64,000 nt of DNA from a bacterium (lineage in GTDB: Bacteria > Patescibacteriota > Minisyncoccia > Phycocordibacterales > UBA9973). Within the stretch, counting starts at the first letter, position 1. Every line of letters begins with the position of its first letter. The translations under genes and the position numbers were made by a program. Location: assembly GCA_037127795.1 (NCBI GenBank), contig JBAXXQ010000001.1, positions 335,505 through 399,504 of the forward strand. Direction: 5' to 3'. Shown here one piece after another: positions 1 to 9,132 of the stretch. Below the pieces are notes generated by a model. The model searched no databases, had not been told where the DNA came from, and was given only the letters and a program-made list of their open reading frames with translations.

Positions 1-56
1 TATAAAAATCATTTTATACCGCTGATCAATAAAAGAATCGAAGAAAGTTTTATATA

Positions 57-89
57 AAAAAGAGGTATGAATTAATTCATACCTCTTTT
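57..89. terminator. bidirectional intrinsic terminator
   Basis: AAAAGAGGTATGAA/TTCATACCTCTTTT inverted repeat between the stop of a truncated + ORF (ends 57) and the 94..765 - ORF. Confidence 0.8.
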
Positions 90-93
90 GCGA

Positions 94-765
94 TTATTTT
101 GTAATTATTGATCGCAATGATTTTAGAAGTGTTTTTCTTTTTCCTTTTGTTTTTTGATTAAACGTTTTTATTTTTGCAATAAAGTCAGAATCATCTATTG
201 ATCCATATGCAACACCTTCAGGAATTTCTGGTGCTTTGAAAACAAAAATAGGTATATTTCCAACTTCTTTTTCAATTTCACTTTCTAAAAACACACAAGT
301 ATCTTTTGTATAGTTTTTTAGCTCAACTATTTTAAAAGACTCTATGTTCTTTTTGTTTTTTGTTGTTTCTACAAAAAAATACTCTTCTGCTTTTTTGTAG
401 AAAGGAATAAGGAATCCTCTTGCAATTGCGGTATTGTCTATATATCCTGCAAAAACATATTTTCCTTTTAATTCAACAACTCCTTCTTGGAGATATTTCT
501 TAAAAAGAGTTTGGTTTAGGATTCTGTATGATCCGCCATAACCCTTTACTTGAACTCCTTTTTCTTTTATTCCAACGGCAAGAATTTCATCCTTTTTTAT
601 AAACTCTGATTCACTGCTATGTCCATTTAGGAAATGAAACAAAACAGTATCTTTTTCTATAGATGTTGGTTGTTCTACAAAAATAGAAGGCTTATTTCCA
701 ATGCCATACTTCCAAGAAAACATATAATGTTCTTCTAGAGAAAACGCGTAATTGTCTTTGTGCAT
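94..765 (-). CDS. hypothetical protein (AT-rich stand-alone cassette)
   Basis: 223-aa ORF with own TTGACT (806-811)/TAGTAT promoter and terminator; no recognisable motif. Confidence 0.75.
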   Translation of the reverse strand: MHKDNYAFSLEEHYMFSWKYGIGNKPSIFVEQPTSIEKDTVLFHFLNGHSSESEFIKKDEILAVGIKEKGVQVKGYGGSYRILNQTLFKKYLQEGVVELKGKYVFAGYIDNTAIARGFLIPFYKKAEEYFFVETTKNKKNIESFKIVELKNYTKDTCVFLESEIEKEVGNIPIFVFKAPEIPEGVAYGSIDDSDFIAKIKTFNQKTKGKRKTLLKSLRSIITK

Positions 766-830
766 AAAATATATTTTTTTTGAATACTACATTTTATTTT
801 ATCAAAGTCAAGTATTTTATTTATAAAAAT

Positions 831-862
831 AAAAAGCTCGGACCAATTGGTCGAGCTTTTTT
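831..862. terminator. intrinsic terminator
   Basis: AAAAAGCTCG-GACCAATTGGTC-GAGCTTTTT hairpin downstream of 874..1305. Confidence 0.75.
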
Positions 863-873
863 GTACAGATTAT

Positions 874-1305
874 TTAGAATTCAATTTCCAAATAATCCGC
901 AGGGTGTAAAGAATGTTGTGATAGAAGCTTTTTTTGCTTTAGCTTCCTGTATATAACCTCTGGAAGAACGTCACAGTAATTTTCATCCGCTATTATTATG
1001 CCGATTGAATGACCGTGTTGTTTTATTTTTAATTGGATCATCTTTACTGAATCTCTTGGGTTAAAGATTCTTTCGTTATGCCAGAGCATACTGTCTGGTT
1101 CATAGCCGACACCTAATCCATCAGACAATATCTGAGCTGTCTCTACAGCTTCTTGTTGCGGGGAACACAGAATTTTTACTGTGTGTCCAAGTAAACTTCC
1201 CCGGTTTAATTCTTGGAGCAAGCGTTCAACTTGTACCTTTCCTTTACCAGTTAGTCCTTTTTCAGGAGTAAATTCTCCAGGGAGAACAAAAATTAATTTT
1301 TTCAT
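874..1305 (-). CDS. histidine phosphatase (SixA/PGM-like) fold protein lacking RHG motif
   Basis: LIFVLPGE...LTGKGKVQ...ILCSPQQEAVETAQIL follows the family pattern LxLxRHG...LTxxGxxQ...SSPxxRAxETA. Confidence 0.55.
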   Translation of the reverse strand: MKKLIFVLPGEFTPEKGLTGKGKVQVERLLQELNRGSLLGHTVKILCSPQQEAVETAQILSDGLGVGYEPDSMLWHNERIFNPRDSVKMIQLKIKQHGHSIGIIIADENYCDVLPEVIYRKLKQKKLLSQHSLHPADYLEIEF

Positions 1306-1377
1306 ATACGGTAATTTTTTACTTATATTACATTATAAAAATATATTGTCAAATAGCTATTGTAGTATACTAAGATA

Positions 1378-1614
1378 ATGATTTATATAGATGTTCGAAC
1401 AAAAGAAGAGTTTGATGGTGGACATGTTGATGGCGCGTTGCATCACGACATAATGCAAATGATGCAAGGATTTTTTCCAGACCTAGAAAAAGATGCTGAT
1501 ATTACTTTGTATTGTCAGTCTGGTAATCGTGCAATGATGGCGCTCGGTATGATGCATGCAGCAGGATTTACTCATGTTACAAATGGTGGCGGTATAGCAG
1601 ATATACAAAAATAG
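1378..1614 (+). CDS. rhodanese-like domain protein
   Basis: IDVRTKEEFDGGHVDGA and LYCQSGNRA active-site loop. Confidence 0.9.
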   Translation: MIYIDVRTKEEFDGGHVDGALHHDIMQMMQGFFPDLEKDADITLYCQSGNRAMMALGMMHAAGFTHVTNGGGIADIQK

Positions 1615-1642
1615 TTTTTATTTAAGGTATTATACTTCGCAC

Positions 1643-2533
1643 ATGGAACCACAAAACTCATCTATAAAAAAAGTAGTATGGGTTTTGTGTATTATGGTGG
1701 TACTAGGTGTATCATTATTTTTGTATACAAAAGCTCATGCACCAATACAAGAAAACTATTTGGTACAAAAAGTTGATATTGAACAACCTAAATCGCAAGG
1801 TGAAATACCTGAAACGCTGTATCACGAATATCTAGTACATACTAGTAATGTACAAAAAGAGCTCATCGGTATATCACAAAATCATGTATCACTACTATTG
1901 GATATAAACCGTATTGACATAGATCATATTAAAAAAGGAATGACTATCGTTGTACCAAATAATTTTTCAGACATTACTTCATTTGCGCCGTTACCGGAAG
2001 TTTTATCTAGTGCAAAATCATTTCCTAAATTGATAGTGATATCTCAAAAGGTGCAAGTGTTTGGTGTATATGAATATGGGAATCTTGTTCGTTGGGGACC
2101 AGCAAGTACTGGTAAAGAATCTACTCCTACACCAAGTAAATTATATTTTACAAACTGGAAAGGACTCAGTGTAAGAAGTAGTATAGATGATACATGGGTT
2201 ATGCCGTGGTATTTCAATTTGGATAATACGCACGGTGTGTCTATGCATCAATATGACCTTCCTGGATTTCCTGCAAGTCATGCGTGTATCAGACTTCTCA
2301 AGGATGATGCAGTATGGCTCTATAATTGGGCAGAGCAATGGACACTTTCTTCAAACGGGCAACATATACAAACATATGGGACACCTGTACTTATTTTTGG
2401 TGAGTATGTATATACAGAACCTGCGCCGTGGAAAAACCTTGTAAACAATCCCAATAGTGCGAGTATCGATATCACTACTTTGGAAAAAAGTCTCGCACTA
2501 TACGTAGCTGAAATTGTAGAGAAGAAAAAATAA
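1643..2533 (+). CDS. L,D-transpeptidase (YkuD family)
   Basis: N-terminal TM; STGK..TP, SMHQY...PASHACIRL catalytic His/Cys motif. Confidence 0.9.
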   Translation: MEPQNSSIKKVVWVLCIMVVLGVSLFLYTKAHAPIQENYLVQKVDIEQPKSQGEIPETLYHEYLVHTSNVQKELIGISQNHVSLLLDINRIDIDHIKKGMTIVVPNNFSDITSFAPLPEVLSSAKSFPKLIVISQKVQVFGVYEYGNLVRWGPASTGKESTPTPSKLYFTNWKGLSVRSSIDDTWVMPWYFNLDNTHGVSMHQYDLPGFPASHACIRLLKDDAVWLYNWAEQWTLSSNGQHIQTYGTPVLIFGEYVYTEPAPWKNLVNNPNSASIDITTLEKSLALYVAEIVEKKK

Positions 2534-2570
2534 GTTTCTATTTTAGTATTTTTCTGCTAGTATAGACGCA

Positions 2571-3143
2571 ATGACTATAACAGCTGCAAAATTTGTAAAA
2601 GGATTTGTTGATCCCAAAGAGGTAGAAAAAGAAACGCTTCCGCAGTATGCGTTTATTGGGCGTTCAAATGTAGGGAAGTCTAGTTTGATAAATACACTCA
2701 CCAAACAAAAAGGACTCGCAAAAACAAGTTCTTTTCCTGGACGCACACAACAAATAAATCTCTTTTTAATTAATAATAAATTTCATCTAGTAGATTTGCC
2801 TGGATACGGATTCGCACGTGTGTCTGCTGGTGGCCGAGATACTATCTTTGAGCTTATTCGAGGATACTTGTTTGGTAATAATACCTGCATACAAAAAGTG
2901 GTGCTTATTATAGATGGTGTAGTAGGTCCTACACGAGACGATCTTGATATGCTCGAAGCACTCGAACATTCTGGAAAAAATATTGTTATCGCAGTAAATA
3001 AGATTGATAAAATAAAAAAATCTGACTACAAAAAACAATTAGAAAAAATACAAGGTCTTGTTGGTGCACATATACTCATGCCTATTTCTGCAGAAAAGAA
3101 AATCGGTATTGGAGAGCTCGGAAATATAGTATTTGAAAAATAA
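2571..3143 (+). CDS. engB: ribosome biogenesis GTPase YihA/EngB
   Basis: GRSNVGKSS, PGRTQ, DLPGYG, NKID motifs. Confidence 0.95.
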   Translation: MTITAAKFVKGFVDPKEVEKETLPQYAFIGRSNVGKSSLINTLTKQKGLAKTSSFPGRTQQINLFLINNKFHLVDLPGYGFARVSAGGRDTIFELIRGYLFGNNTCIQKVVLIIDGVVGPTRDDLDMLEALEHSGKNIVIAVNKIDKIKKSDYKKQLEKIQGLVGAHILMPISAEKKIGIGELGNIVFEK

Positions 3144-3160
3144 TTCTTACACAGTGGAGA

Positions 3161-3892
3161 TTATTTTTTGAGGAGCTCTATATCTTTTGTACTTATCTCT
3201 TGCATTGAAGACTCGCTCATTTTTCCTATAGCGAGATGTCCTATCTTGGTACGAACAAGAGATTCTATAGTGAGATGACACGCATCGCACATGCGACGGA
3301 TTTGGTGTTTTCTTCCTTCAAAAAGGGTAATGGTAAATACTGATCGAGAGATACGTTTTACTACGGCTTTTTTTGTCATAACCTTGTCGAGCATAATACC
3401 AGAGCTCATTTTTGCGAGCTGTTCATTGGTAACATTTTCTCGGACTGTTACTGTGTATTCTTTGCCTATAGAGCTGTCTTCTTTGGTAAGTGCTGCGGTG
3501 AGGGTGCCATCATTACTCATAATGATAAGCCCTTCGGAATCTTTGTCGAGGCGGCCGATAGGGTGCAGGTGAGTGAGTTTGGGGTATTGGGTGTGGAGGT
3601 CTGGAGTGTTGGGAGTAGTATGACTTGTTTCAATACCTCGTTTTTTGTATACCAAATAAGACTCTTTTTTTACTACTTGTTTTCCTGTATCTATAATATC
3701 TTTTCCTACTACAATACCAAACCCGGGTTCTTTGATAACACGCCCATTAACCTTTACCAATCCTCGCATGATGAGGTCTTTTGCTTCACGACGAGACGCA
3801 ATACCCTCATACGCTATTGCACGTTCAAGACGCTCAAATCCTTTGGGGAGTGTAGAAGGGTCTTTGGGTGCTGGTTTTCTTTCTATTTTCAT
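3161..3892 (-). CDS. pseudouridine synthase RsuA/RluB family with S4 domain
   Basis: ASRREA S4 motif, GRLDKDSEGL catalytic Asp, EGRKHQIRRM; start placed at MKIERK. Confidence 0.92.
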   Translation of the reverse strand: MKIERKPAPKDPSTLPKGFERLERAIAYEGIASRREAKDLIMRGLVKVNGRVIKEPGFGIVVGKDIIDTGKQVVKKESYLVYKKRGIETSHTTPNTPDLHTQYPKLTHLHPIGRLDKDSEGLIIMSNDGTLTAALTKEDSSIGKEYTVTVRENVTNEQLAKMSSGIMLDKVMTKKAVVKRISRSVFTITLFEGRKHQIRRMCDACHLTIESLVRTKIGHLAIGKMSESSMQEISTKDIELLKK

Positions 3893-3954
3893 TGTGCCGA
3901 GTATAGCATATATAAAAAAAGACCCTATCATTACGATAGAGTCTTTTGAAAATA

Positions 3955-4242
3955 TTATTTTTTCTTTTTTGGAGAAACTTTTTTAGGGGTAGCTTTTGCT
4001 ACTACCTTTTTTACTGTTTTCTTAACAGTCTTTTTTACAGCTTTTTCTGCAATACCAAAATCTTTGAGGATTTCTTTTTTAATATTCTTTGCAGCAGCTT
4101 GTACTTTCTTTTGATTCTTTTTGCCATCGGGGCCGAGTAGGTAATATGCACCAGCCGCAAGAGCTGCGCCGCCTGCAATACCTGCTACTATTTTTCCTTT
4201 TGATACATTTGATTTTTTAATACCCTTTTTCTTTTGTGTCAT
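3955..4242 (-). CDS. YtxH-like membrane-anchored protein with Lys-rich tail
   Basis: Gly/Ala-rich hydrophobic segment then LLGPDGKK; KKTVKK repeats. Confidence 0.6.
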   Translation of the reverse strand: MTQKKKGIKKSNVSKGKIVAGIAGGAALAAGAYYLLGPDGKKNQKKVQAAAKNIKKEILKDFGIAEKAVKKTVKKTVKKVVAKATPKKVSPKKKK

Positions 4243-4263
4243 ATGTATATAGTATAGCAAGTA

Positions 4264-4512
4264 TTATTTATTTCGTCGTCTCTTTTTGGGGAAAAATAAT
4301 CTAAATAGTGTACTTTCTTGAATATCAAATAATAAATCTTTTGCATCTTCGTTGAGTGAGTCTATATTTTTTTCTAAAAGATCGATAAGTTTTTTGATAT
4401 GACGAAGTATTTTGATTGCATAAAAAAGACATATTGCAAAAAGTACCCACAATAGCACAAAGCCGATTGAAGAAATAAGGAAGAAAATACTTGATTGTGT
4501 TGCGATATTCAT
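4264..4512 (-). CDS. small membrane protein, TM plus coiled coil (DUF948-like)
   Basis: single TM followed by amphipathic helix, directly upstream of YtxH-like gene. Confidence 0.55.
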   Translation of the reverse strand: MNIATQSSIFFLISSIGFVLLWVLFAICLFYAIKILRHIKKLIDLLEKNIDSLNEDAKDLLFDIQESTLFRLFFPKKRRRNK

Positions 4513-4550
4513 ATAGTACAGTATACCGCTTGGACGGAAATAAAAAAAGG

Positions 4551-4967
4551 CTACACGGGGTGTGTAGCCTTTTTGCACTTTTTTAAAATGCAGCTAATTT
4601 TTTTGAACAAGTCCTCATTTTCCGAAATGGATTGCTCCTCTTTTTTTTCAAAGAGTTTAATAAATTTTCGATTTGAAGCATTTCGTAACGCTTCTTCGTC
4701 TCCATAAATAAGGATATGTGCAACATCTTCAGGATCAGGATCTTCTGTTCTTGTAAAGTGTGTACCAGATATTTCTAGTACCTGGTTAAAATTGATTATG
4801 ACTATATCGTAATGATTTTTTTTGTACCGTTTTTTTGCGGTATATACATTTTCAATAATCTCAAGATCAATTTCTTCTTCGGCAAGAAATAAGTTCAGCG
4901 CCATAATAAAATTTAATTGCTCTTCTTTATTTTTTTCTAAGAGCAGTAATTTTTTGTTTTGGAACAT
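4551..4967 (-). CDS. receiver-domain-like hypothetical protein (AT-rich cassette)
   Basis: KLLLLEKN...HYDIVIINF resembles REC beta1/beta3; TTGACA (5009-5014)-16-TAATAT promoter; terminator 4543-4575. Confidence 0.5.
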   Translation of the reverse strand: MFQNKKLLLLEKNKEEQLNFIMALNLFLAEEEIDLEIIENVYTAKKRYKKNHYDIVIINFNQVLEISGTHFTRTEDPDPEDVAHILIYGDEEALRNASNRKFIKLFEKKEEQSISENEDLFKKISCILKKCKKATHPV

Positions 4968-5050
4968 GTAAGTAAGTTTTTCTTTTATATTACTAGAAAA
5001 TATCAATATGTCAATTGATTAGTGTAGATATGAGTATATTATATAGCTAT

Positions 5051-5311
5051 ATGGTACGAATTATGGTCCAAGCAAAAGCAAATGCAAAAAAGGAGAGTAT
5101 TGTATTGTTGACCCAGCCGACGCTTGATTTGCCTGGTAGTACAAAGACTATGGATGTGTACAAAATCACTGTCTGTGAGCCTTCAGTAAACAATATGGCC
5201 AACAATGCAATTATACGGGTCCTTGCAGAATATTTTTGTGTAGCAAAATCGTGTGTGTCTTTGGTATCTGGTGCGACTGCCAAGAAAAAGGTTTTTGAGG
5301 TATTATTATAG
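5051..5311 (+). CDS. DUF167 (YggU/UPF0235) family protein
   Basis: VQAKANAKKE...ANNAIIRVLAEYFCVAKSCVSLVSGATAKKK. Confidence 0.85.
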   Translation: MVRIMVQAKANAKKESIVLLTQPTLDLPGSTKTMDVYKITVCEPSVNNMANNAIIRVLAEYFCVAKSCVSLVSGATAKKKVFEVLL

Positions 5312-5313
5312 AT

Positions 5314-5769
5314 ATGAAAAAAGAACCGGTAGGAAAAAATTTTGATCCAACATTTCATCCAGAGCTCACTCCTCAAGAAATGCTCGAGCTGGGAGTATTT
5401 GGCGGTTTATATTTTTCTGATAAACCAAAAGAATTTCCTCGATCATGGTTTACTCATGTAAAACTTTCTCCCGATAAAAAGGCACACAAAGAATTAAATT
5501 ACTTTGGTGTTATTGCAAGTCAGCCGCTTCGTGTCTGGCAACAAAAAGGGTGGATACATCCAGATGATCCTCGAGGATGGTTTCAGTGGTATTGTAGGTA
5601 TTATCTTGGGCGCAGACATCCAGATGATGCACGACAAATCAAACGATGGAAAATGATACGTAGACACAGCGCGCAAATCGCAAAACATTGTAGACGTGGC
5701 GATGTGTTTTGCCGCCCCAAACAAAGACAGGCACTTTTGCACTGGGCATATGATGCACGAAATATATAG
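5314..5769 (+). CDS. conserved hypothetical protein
   Basis: PELTPQEMLELGVFGGLYF and DPRGWFQWYCRYYLGRR motifs; core-type codon usage. Confidence 0.8.
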   Translation: MKKEPVGKNFDPTFHPELTPQEMLELGVFGGLYFSDKPKEFPRSWFTHVKLSPDKKAHKELNYFGVIASQPLRVWQQKGWIHPDDPRGWFQWYCRYYLGRRHPDDARQIKRWKMIRRHSAQIAKHCRRGDVFCRPKQRQALLHWAYDARNI

Positions 5770-5812
5770 TTTGCTATACTGAGAGTATTAAAAAATAATA
5801 CAAATAATATAT

Positions 5813-5878
5813 ATGGCAAAAGGAAACGAATCTCGCAAAAAAGAAGCAAAGAAACCAAAGAAAGAAGTAAAGAAATAA
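5813..5878 (+). CDS. 21-aa basic microprotein MAKGNESRKKEAKKPKKEVKK
   Basis: TGcTATACT promoter upstream, terminator 5880-5908 directly after the stop. Confidence 0.6.
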   Translation: MAKGNESRKKEAKKPKKEVKK

Positions 5879-5879
5879 G

Positions 5880-5908
5880 TAAAACCCCGGCACTATGTCG
5901 GGGTTTTA
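5880..5908 (+). terminator. intrinsic terminator
   Basis: AAAACCCCGGCA-CTA-TGTCGGGGTTTT hairpin. Confidence 0.8.
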
Positions 5909-5950
5909 TTGTGATACACTTGTTATATTACTACATAATCATTTTTATAT

Positions 5951-6328
5951 ATGGTACGAAATGTAAACAAAGAACATAAAGAAAGTCTCAGCATGCTAGA
6001 TAAAGCAGCGATAGTTATTACTAATATTGTAGGTACTATGTGGTGCGCTATAGCATTTACCATACTTGCATTGATTAGTCTTCCGCAGGCTATATCTGGT
6101 GGTACAGCGACAACTATATCTTGGATTGCGCAAACATTTTTACAATTGGTTTTACTTTCTATTATTATGGTAGGGCAAAATTTGCAAAGTCGTCATGCTG
6201 AACGTCGCGCTGATGCAGATTATGAGACCAATATAGAAGCAAAAAAAGATATTGAAACACTCATGAAAAGACTCGATGCAATAGAAACAGACAAACTTGA
6301 TAAGATTTTAGAAAAAATAGGGGAATAG
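5951..6328 (+). CDS. DUF1003-like membrane protein
   Basis: ITNIVGTMW...FLQLVLLSIIMVGQN...RADADYETN. Confidence 0.8.
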   Translation: MVRNVNKEHKESLSMLDKAAIVITNIVGTMWCAIAFTILALISLPQAISGGTATTISWIAQTFLQLVLLSIIMVGQNLQSRHAERRADADYETNIEAKKDIETLMKRLDAIETDKLDKILEKIGE

Positions 6329-6400
6329 GAGGATTTTTTGAGGGTACTTGACTTTTTAATTTATTTGTGCTAATATATATACAAACTTAAATTAAAATTT

Positions 6401-7441
6401 ATGAAAAAAATTAGTTCGTTAAAAACGTTTTTTATTGCTTTTACTGCAATGGTATTTTCGACTTCATGTACAAAGAGTGTATCACCAGAAACAGCAGGTA
6501 CTGATACATTACCGGTACTAAATCAGCCAAGTATAAATGTGGCAAAATCGACAGTTTCTCAGTATATTGCTTCTGCAAATCATGCAGATAATACAGTACG
6601 AGTATCATTTCATTTTACATCAAATACTGATGTAACCGTTACTGAATTGAGGTATGAAGAAATTTCTTCTACACCGACAATAACAGGTATAGGGGTGAAT
6701 AATACTTTTGCTTGTGCAGTTTCTGGAAAAATGATGGTCGCAGGTCTTAATATGTTGGTTGCTAAAAGTGGCCAGGGTGTAGATCTTGATACGTACATTT
6801 CGTATGGAGTAGTTGGAGCGAATGGAACTCCTAGTGGGACAATTTCTCAACTCAAATTAACGTCGGTTAAATGCGTTGATAAAGCTTCGGGTAATACGTA
6901 TGTAATACAGGTAAACAATGTAATATCACCAGCTATGACACTGGTAGGTTCAAAACCTGAAAACATTTTGGTAACATCACCAAATACTGCTTTGTCTGTA
7001 GGTATGGTACATGTTGCAGATATTACTATGACTGCAAATACTCAGGGAAATTTTTCTCAGAATGAAATTGGTTTTGTTTTGAACACTACCGGTACTGTAA
7101 CCTTTGGTTCTACAGGGACTGCATTTGTAAAAGATGCAAATAACTCTTTGGTATCTGGTATATCGATACAACAAGTGTCATCAAGTGTGCCAAATCAATC
7201 TGTTATGAAAATAGTATTTCCTTCTAGTGGGTATATTGTTGCCGCAGGAACAACTGTTACATTTCAAGTGTATATACCAGTAACAACATTAGTAGATTTT
7301 GGTAGTGGAAATAGTATTTCTACTACAATAAATAATACTGGATTTGTTTGGACTGATATAACAGGGTCTGGTGTTTCAAAAGCTTGTGAGGGTAGTTTGA
7401 TTTATGGTTTTCCTATAACAGGTGCCCGTATAACAAAATAA
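6401..7441 (+). CDS. putative lipoprotein, beta-rich (AT-rich cassette)
   Basis: lipobox-like VFSTS-C-TK; Thr/Ser/Val-rich; TTGACT (6348)-17-TAATAT promoter; terminator 7471-7500. Confidence 0.7.
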   Translation: MKKISSLKTFFIAFTAMVFSTSCTKSVSPETAGTDTLPVLNQPSINVAKSTVSQYIASANHADNTVRVSFHFTSNTDVTVTELRYEEISSTPTITGIGVNNTFACAVSGKMMVAGLNMLVAKSGQGVDLDTYISYGVVGANGTPSGTISQLKLTSVKCVDKASGNTYVIQVNNVISPAMTLVGSKPENILVTSPNTALSVGMVHVADITMTANTQGNFSQNEIGFVLNTTGTVTFGSTGTAFVKDANNSLVSGISIQQVSSSVPNQSVMKIVFPSSGYIVAAGTTVTFQVYIPVTTLVDFGSGNSISTTINNTGFVWTDITGSGVSKACEGSLIYGFPITGARITK

Positions 7442-7559
7442 AAAACGTTTATAGTACTAAAAAAAGAAAGAAAAAAGCCTCGATGAAAATCGGGGCTTTT
7501 ACTATATTTAATAGATGTGAAAATAATATTAATATGTTATAGTATAAAAAATTTTTTGT

Positions 7560-7901
7560 ATGAAATCTAAAAAAGAAATAGCAGCACTTAAATTAGGTAC
7601 ACCAAAACTCGATGATATTATAAGGTATGTTGTAAGTCATGGAGACTGGAGAATCAAAAGAGGTAAAAATCTTTCTGCTACACTTCCAGCACCTTACATG
7701 ATATGTAATCCTTTAAAAGCTTATAGAACAGCAAAAGAGTTATTATCAAATAATAAGGTAAATAAAGCTAGAATGGCTCTAAGACGTCAGATGCTCCACA
7801 CGGGACAAACACCCTTAGAGGCTATACTAGGGGTTCGACCTCCTAATGAGTCACCATGGCCCGGGGCAAGAAAAGTACCTCATACTACAAATTGGTATTA
7901 A
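7560..7901 (+). CDS. basic hypothetical protein (AT-rich cassette)
   Basis: 113-aa ORF, TGtTATAGT upstream, terminator 7912-7943. Confidence 0.65.
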   Translation: MKSKKEIAALKLGTPKLDDIIRYVVSHGDWRIKRGKNLSATLPAPYMICNPLKAYRTAKELLSNNKVNKARMALRRQMLHTGQTPLEAILGVRPPNESPWPGARKVPHTTNWY

Positions 7902-7996
7902 TTTCGTATTTAAAAAGCTGTCTGTTATAGACAGTTTTTTTTTATTTACAAAATATATAAGTATGCTATTGTTTGGTTAAATTAAAACGCACAAAT

Positions 7997-8911
7997 ATGG
8001 CACGAATTACACAGTTACCACTTTGTTATCGTTTCTCTTTCAATATTGAAACAATGACACTATCTTTGATAATACAAAAATGGCTTATGCCAGAATTACA
8101 AAAACGACTACGCGCAGAGACTCTTCTTATGGATTATATGTATCGAGAGTATGGAGGAGATAAAACAGTATTTGCTTCATGCGGGGAGCAGTTATCTTTT
8201 GGTTATGAAAATGCGATACAATTTCTTTTTGAAACAGATACAGAAATTGCATATGGGTATACCTTTACTCCTGTCATTGAACCAACAGAAGAAATCTGTG
8301 ATCGTTGTAATGGAACCAAAATCGATCACTTCGAACATCCTTGTAATGATTGTAGGGCAACAGGCAAAAAGCATGTACAAAGCAAGAGACATTTTCAACA
8401 AGGAATGCTCAGCTTGTGTCCAATAGTTCGATTTTTAAATGGTGCATTACTTGATAATTGTACTGACAAAAATGACCATGATTGGAAATCTGAAACGAAT
8501 GAAAAGCAATTAATTGCTCTTGAATGGACCGACACTACTGGTATGCATAATTGCTCAATATCTGCATGGACTGATGATTTTGTATTTGAATGGCTCAAAC
8601 AAGCTTCTGATATAGAATTACAACAAATGACGTATACTATGGCTCGTGTAGAAGAAGTATTATTGCGCAAAGATCCAGACGCATATTCTCGACGATTATT
8701 TCGTTTTGACTTTTATGATGGTACTCATTTTGGATTTCAGGCTCCGGGTAATGCTTGCACATTAGGGACCAGTTCATACACAAGTGGCATGTTCGGAAGT
8801 ATTGGAAAAACATTAAGCCCTCACAATGTTGATAATAGATTTCAACAAATAGAATTTATTGTTGGGCTTGCAGTGTTGAATGATTTGATTATAAAAAGTA
8901 CGGTAAAGTAA
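7997..8911 (+). CDS. hypothetical protein with CxxCxG zinc-finger pair
   Basis: CDRCNGT...CNDCRATG; start placed at MARITQ. Confidence 0.7.
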   Translation: MARITQLPLCYRFSFNIETMTLSLIIQKWLMPELQKRLRAETLLMDYMYREYGGDKTVFASCGEQLSFGYENAIQFLFETDTEIAYGYTFTPVIEPTEEICDRCNGTKIDHFEHPCNDCRATGKKHVQSKRHFQQGMLSLCPIVRFLNGALLDNCTDKNDHDWKSETNEKQLIALEWTDTTGMHNCSISAWTDDFVFEWLKQASDIELQQMTYTMARVEEVLLRKDPDAYSRRLFRFDFYDGTHFGFQAPGNACTLGTSSYTSGMFGSIGKTLSPHNVDNRFQQIEFIVGLAVLNDLIIKSTVK

Positions 8912-8945
8912 CAAAAAAAATCCTTTTTAAAAGGAGTTTTTTCTA

Positions 8946-9021
8946 TGGTGGACCCTAGGAGATTCGAACTCCTGACCTCCTCATTGCAAATGAGGCGCTC
9001 TACCAGCTAAGCTAAGGGCCC
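8946..9021 (-). tRNA. tRNA-Ala(TGC)
   Basis: cloverleaf GGGCCCT...AGGGTCCACCA, anticodon loop TTTGCAA, G3:U70 pair, CCA encoded. Confidence 0.97.
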
Positions 9022-9132
9022 AAAAGTGGACAAAAAGTATTGTACTCAAAGAAACATTTTTTTGCAAGTCCTTGGTTTTAATCTAGTAAAATTTTGATTC
9101 TTTTATCTAAATTAGTGATATACTAGAAATAT

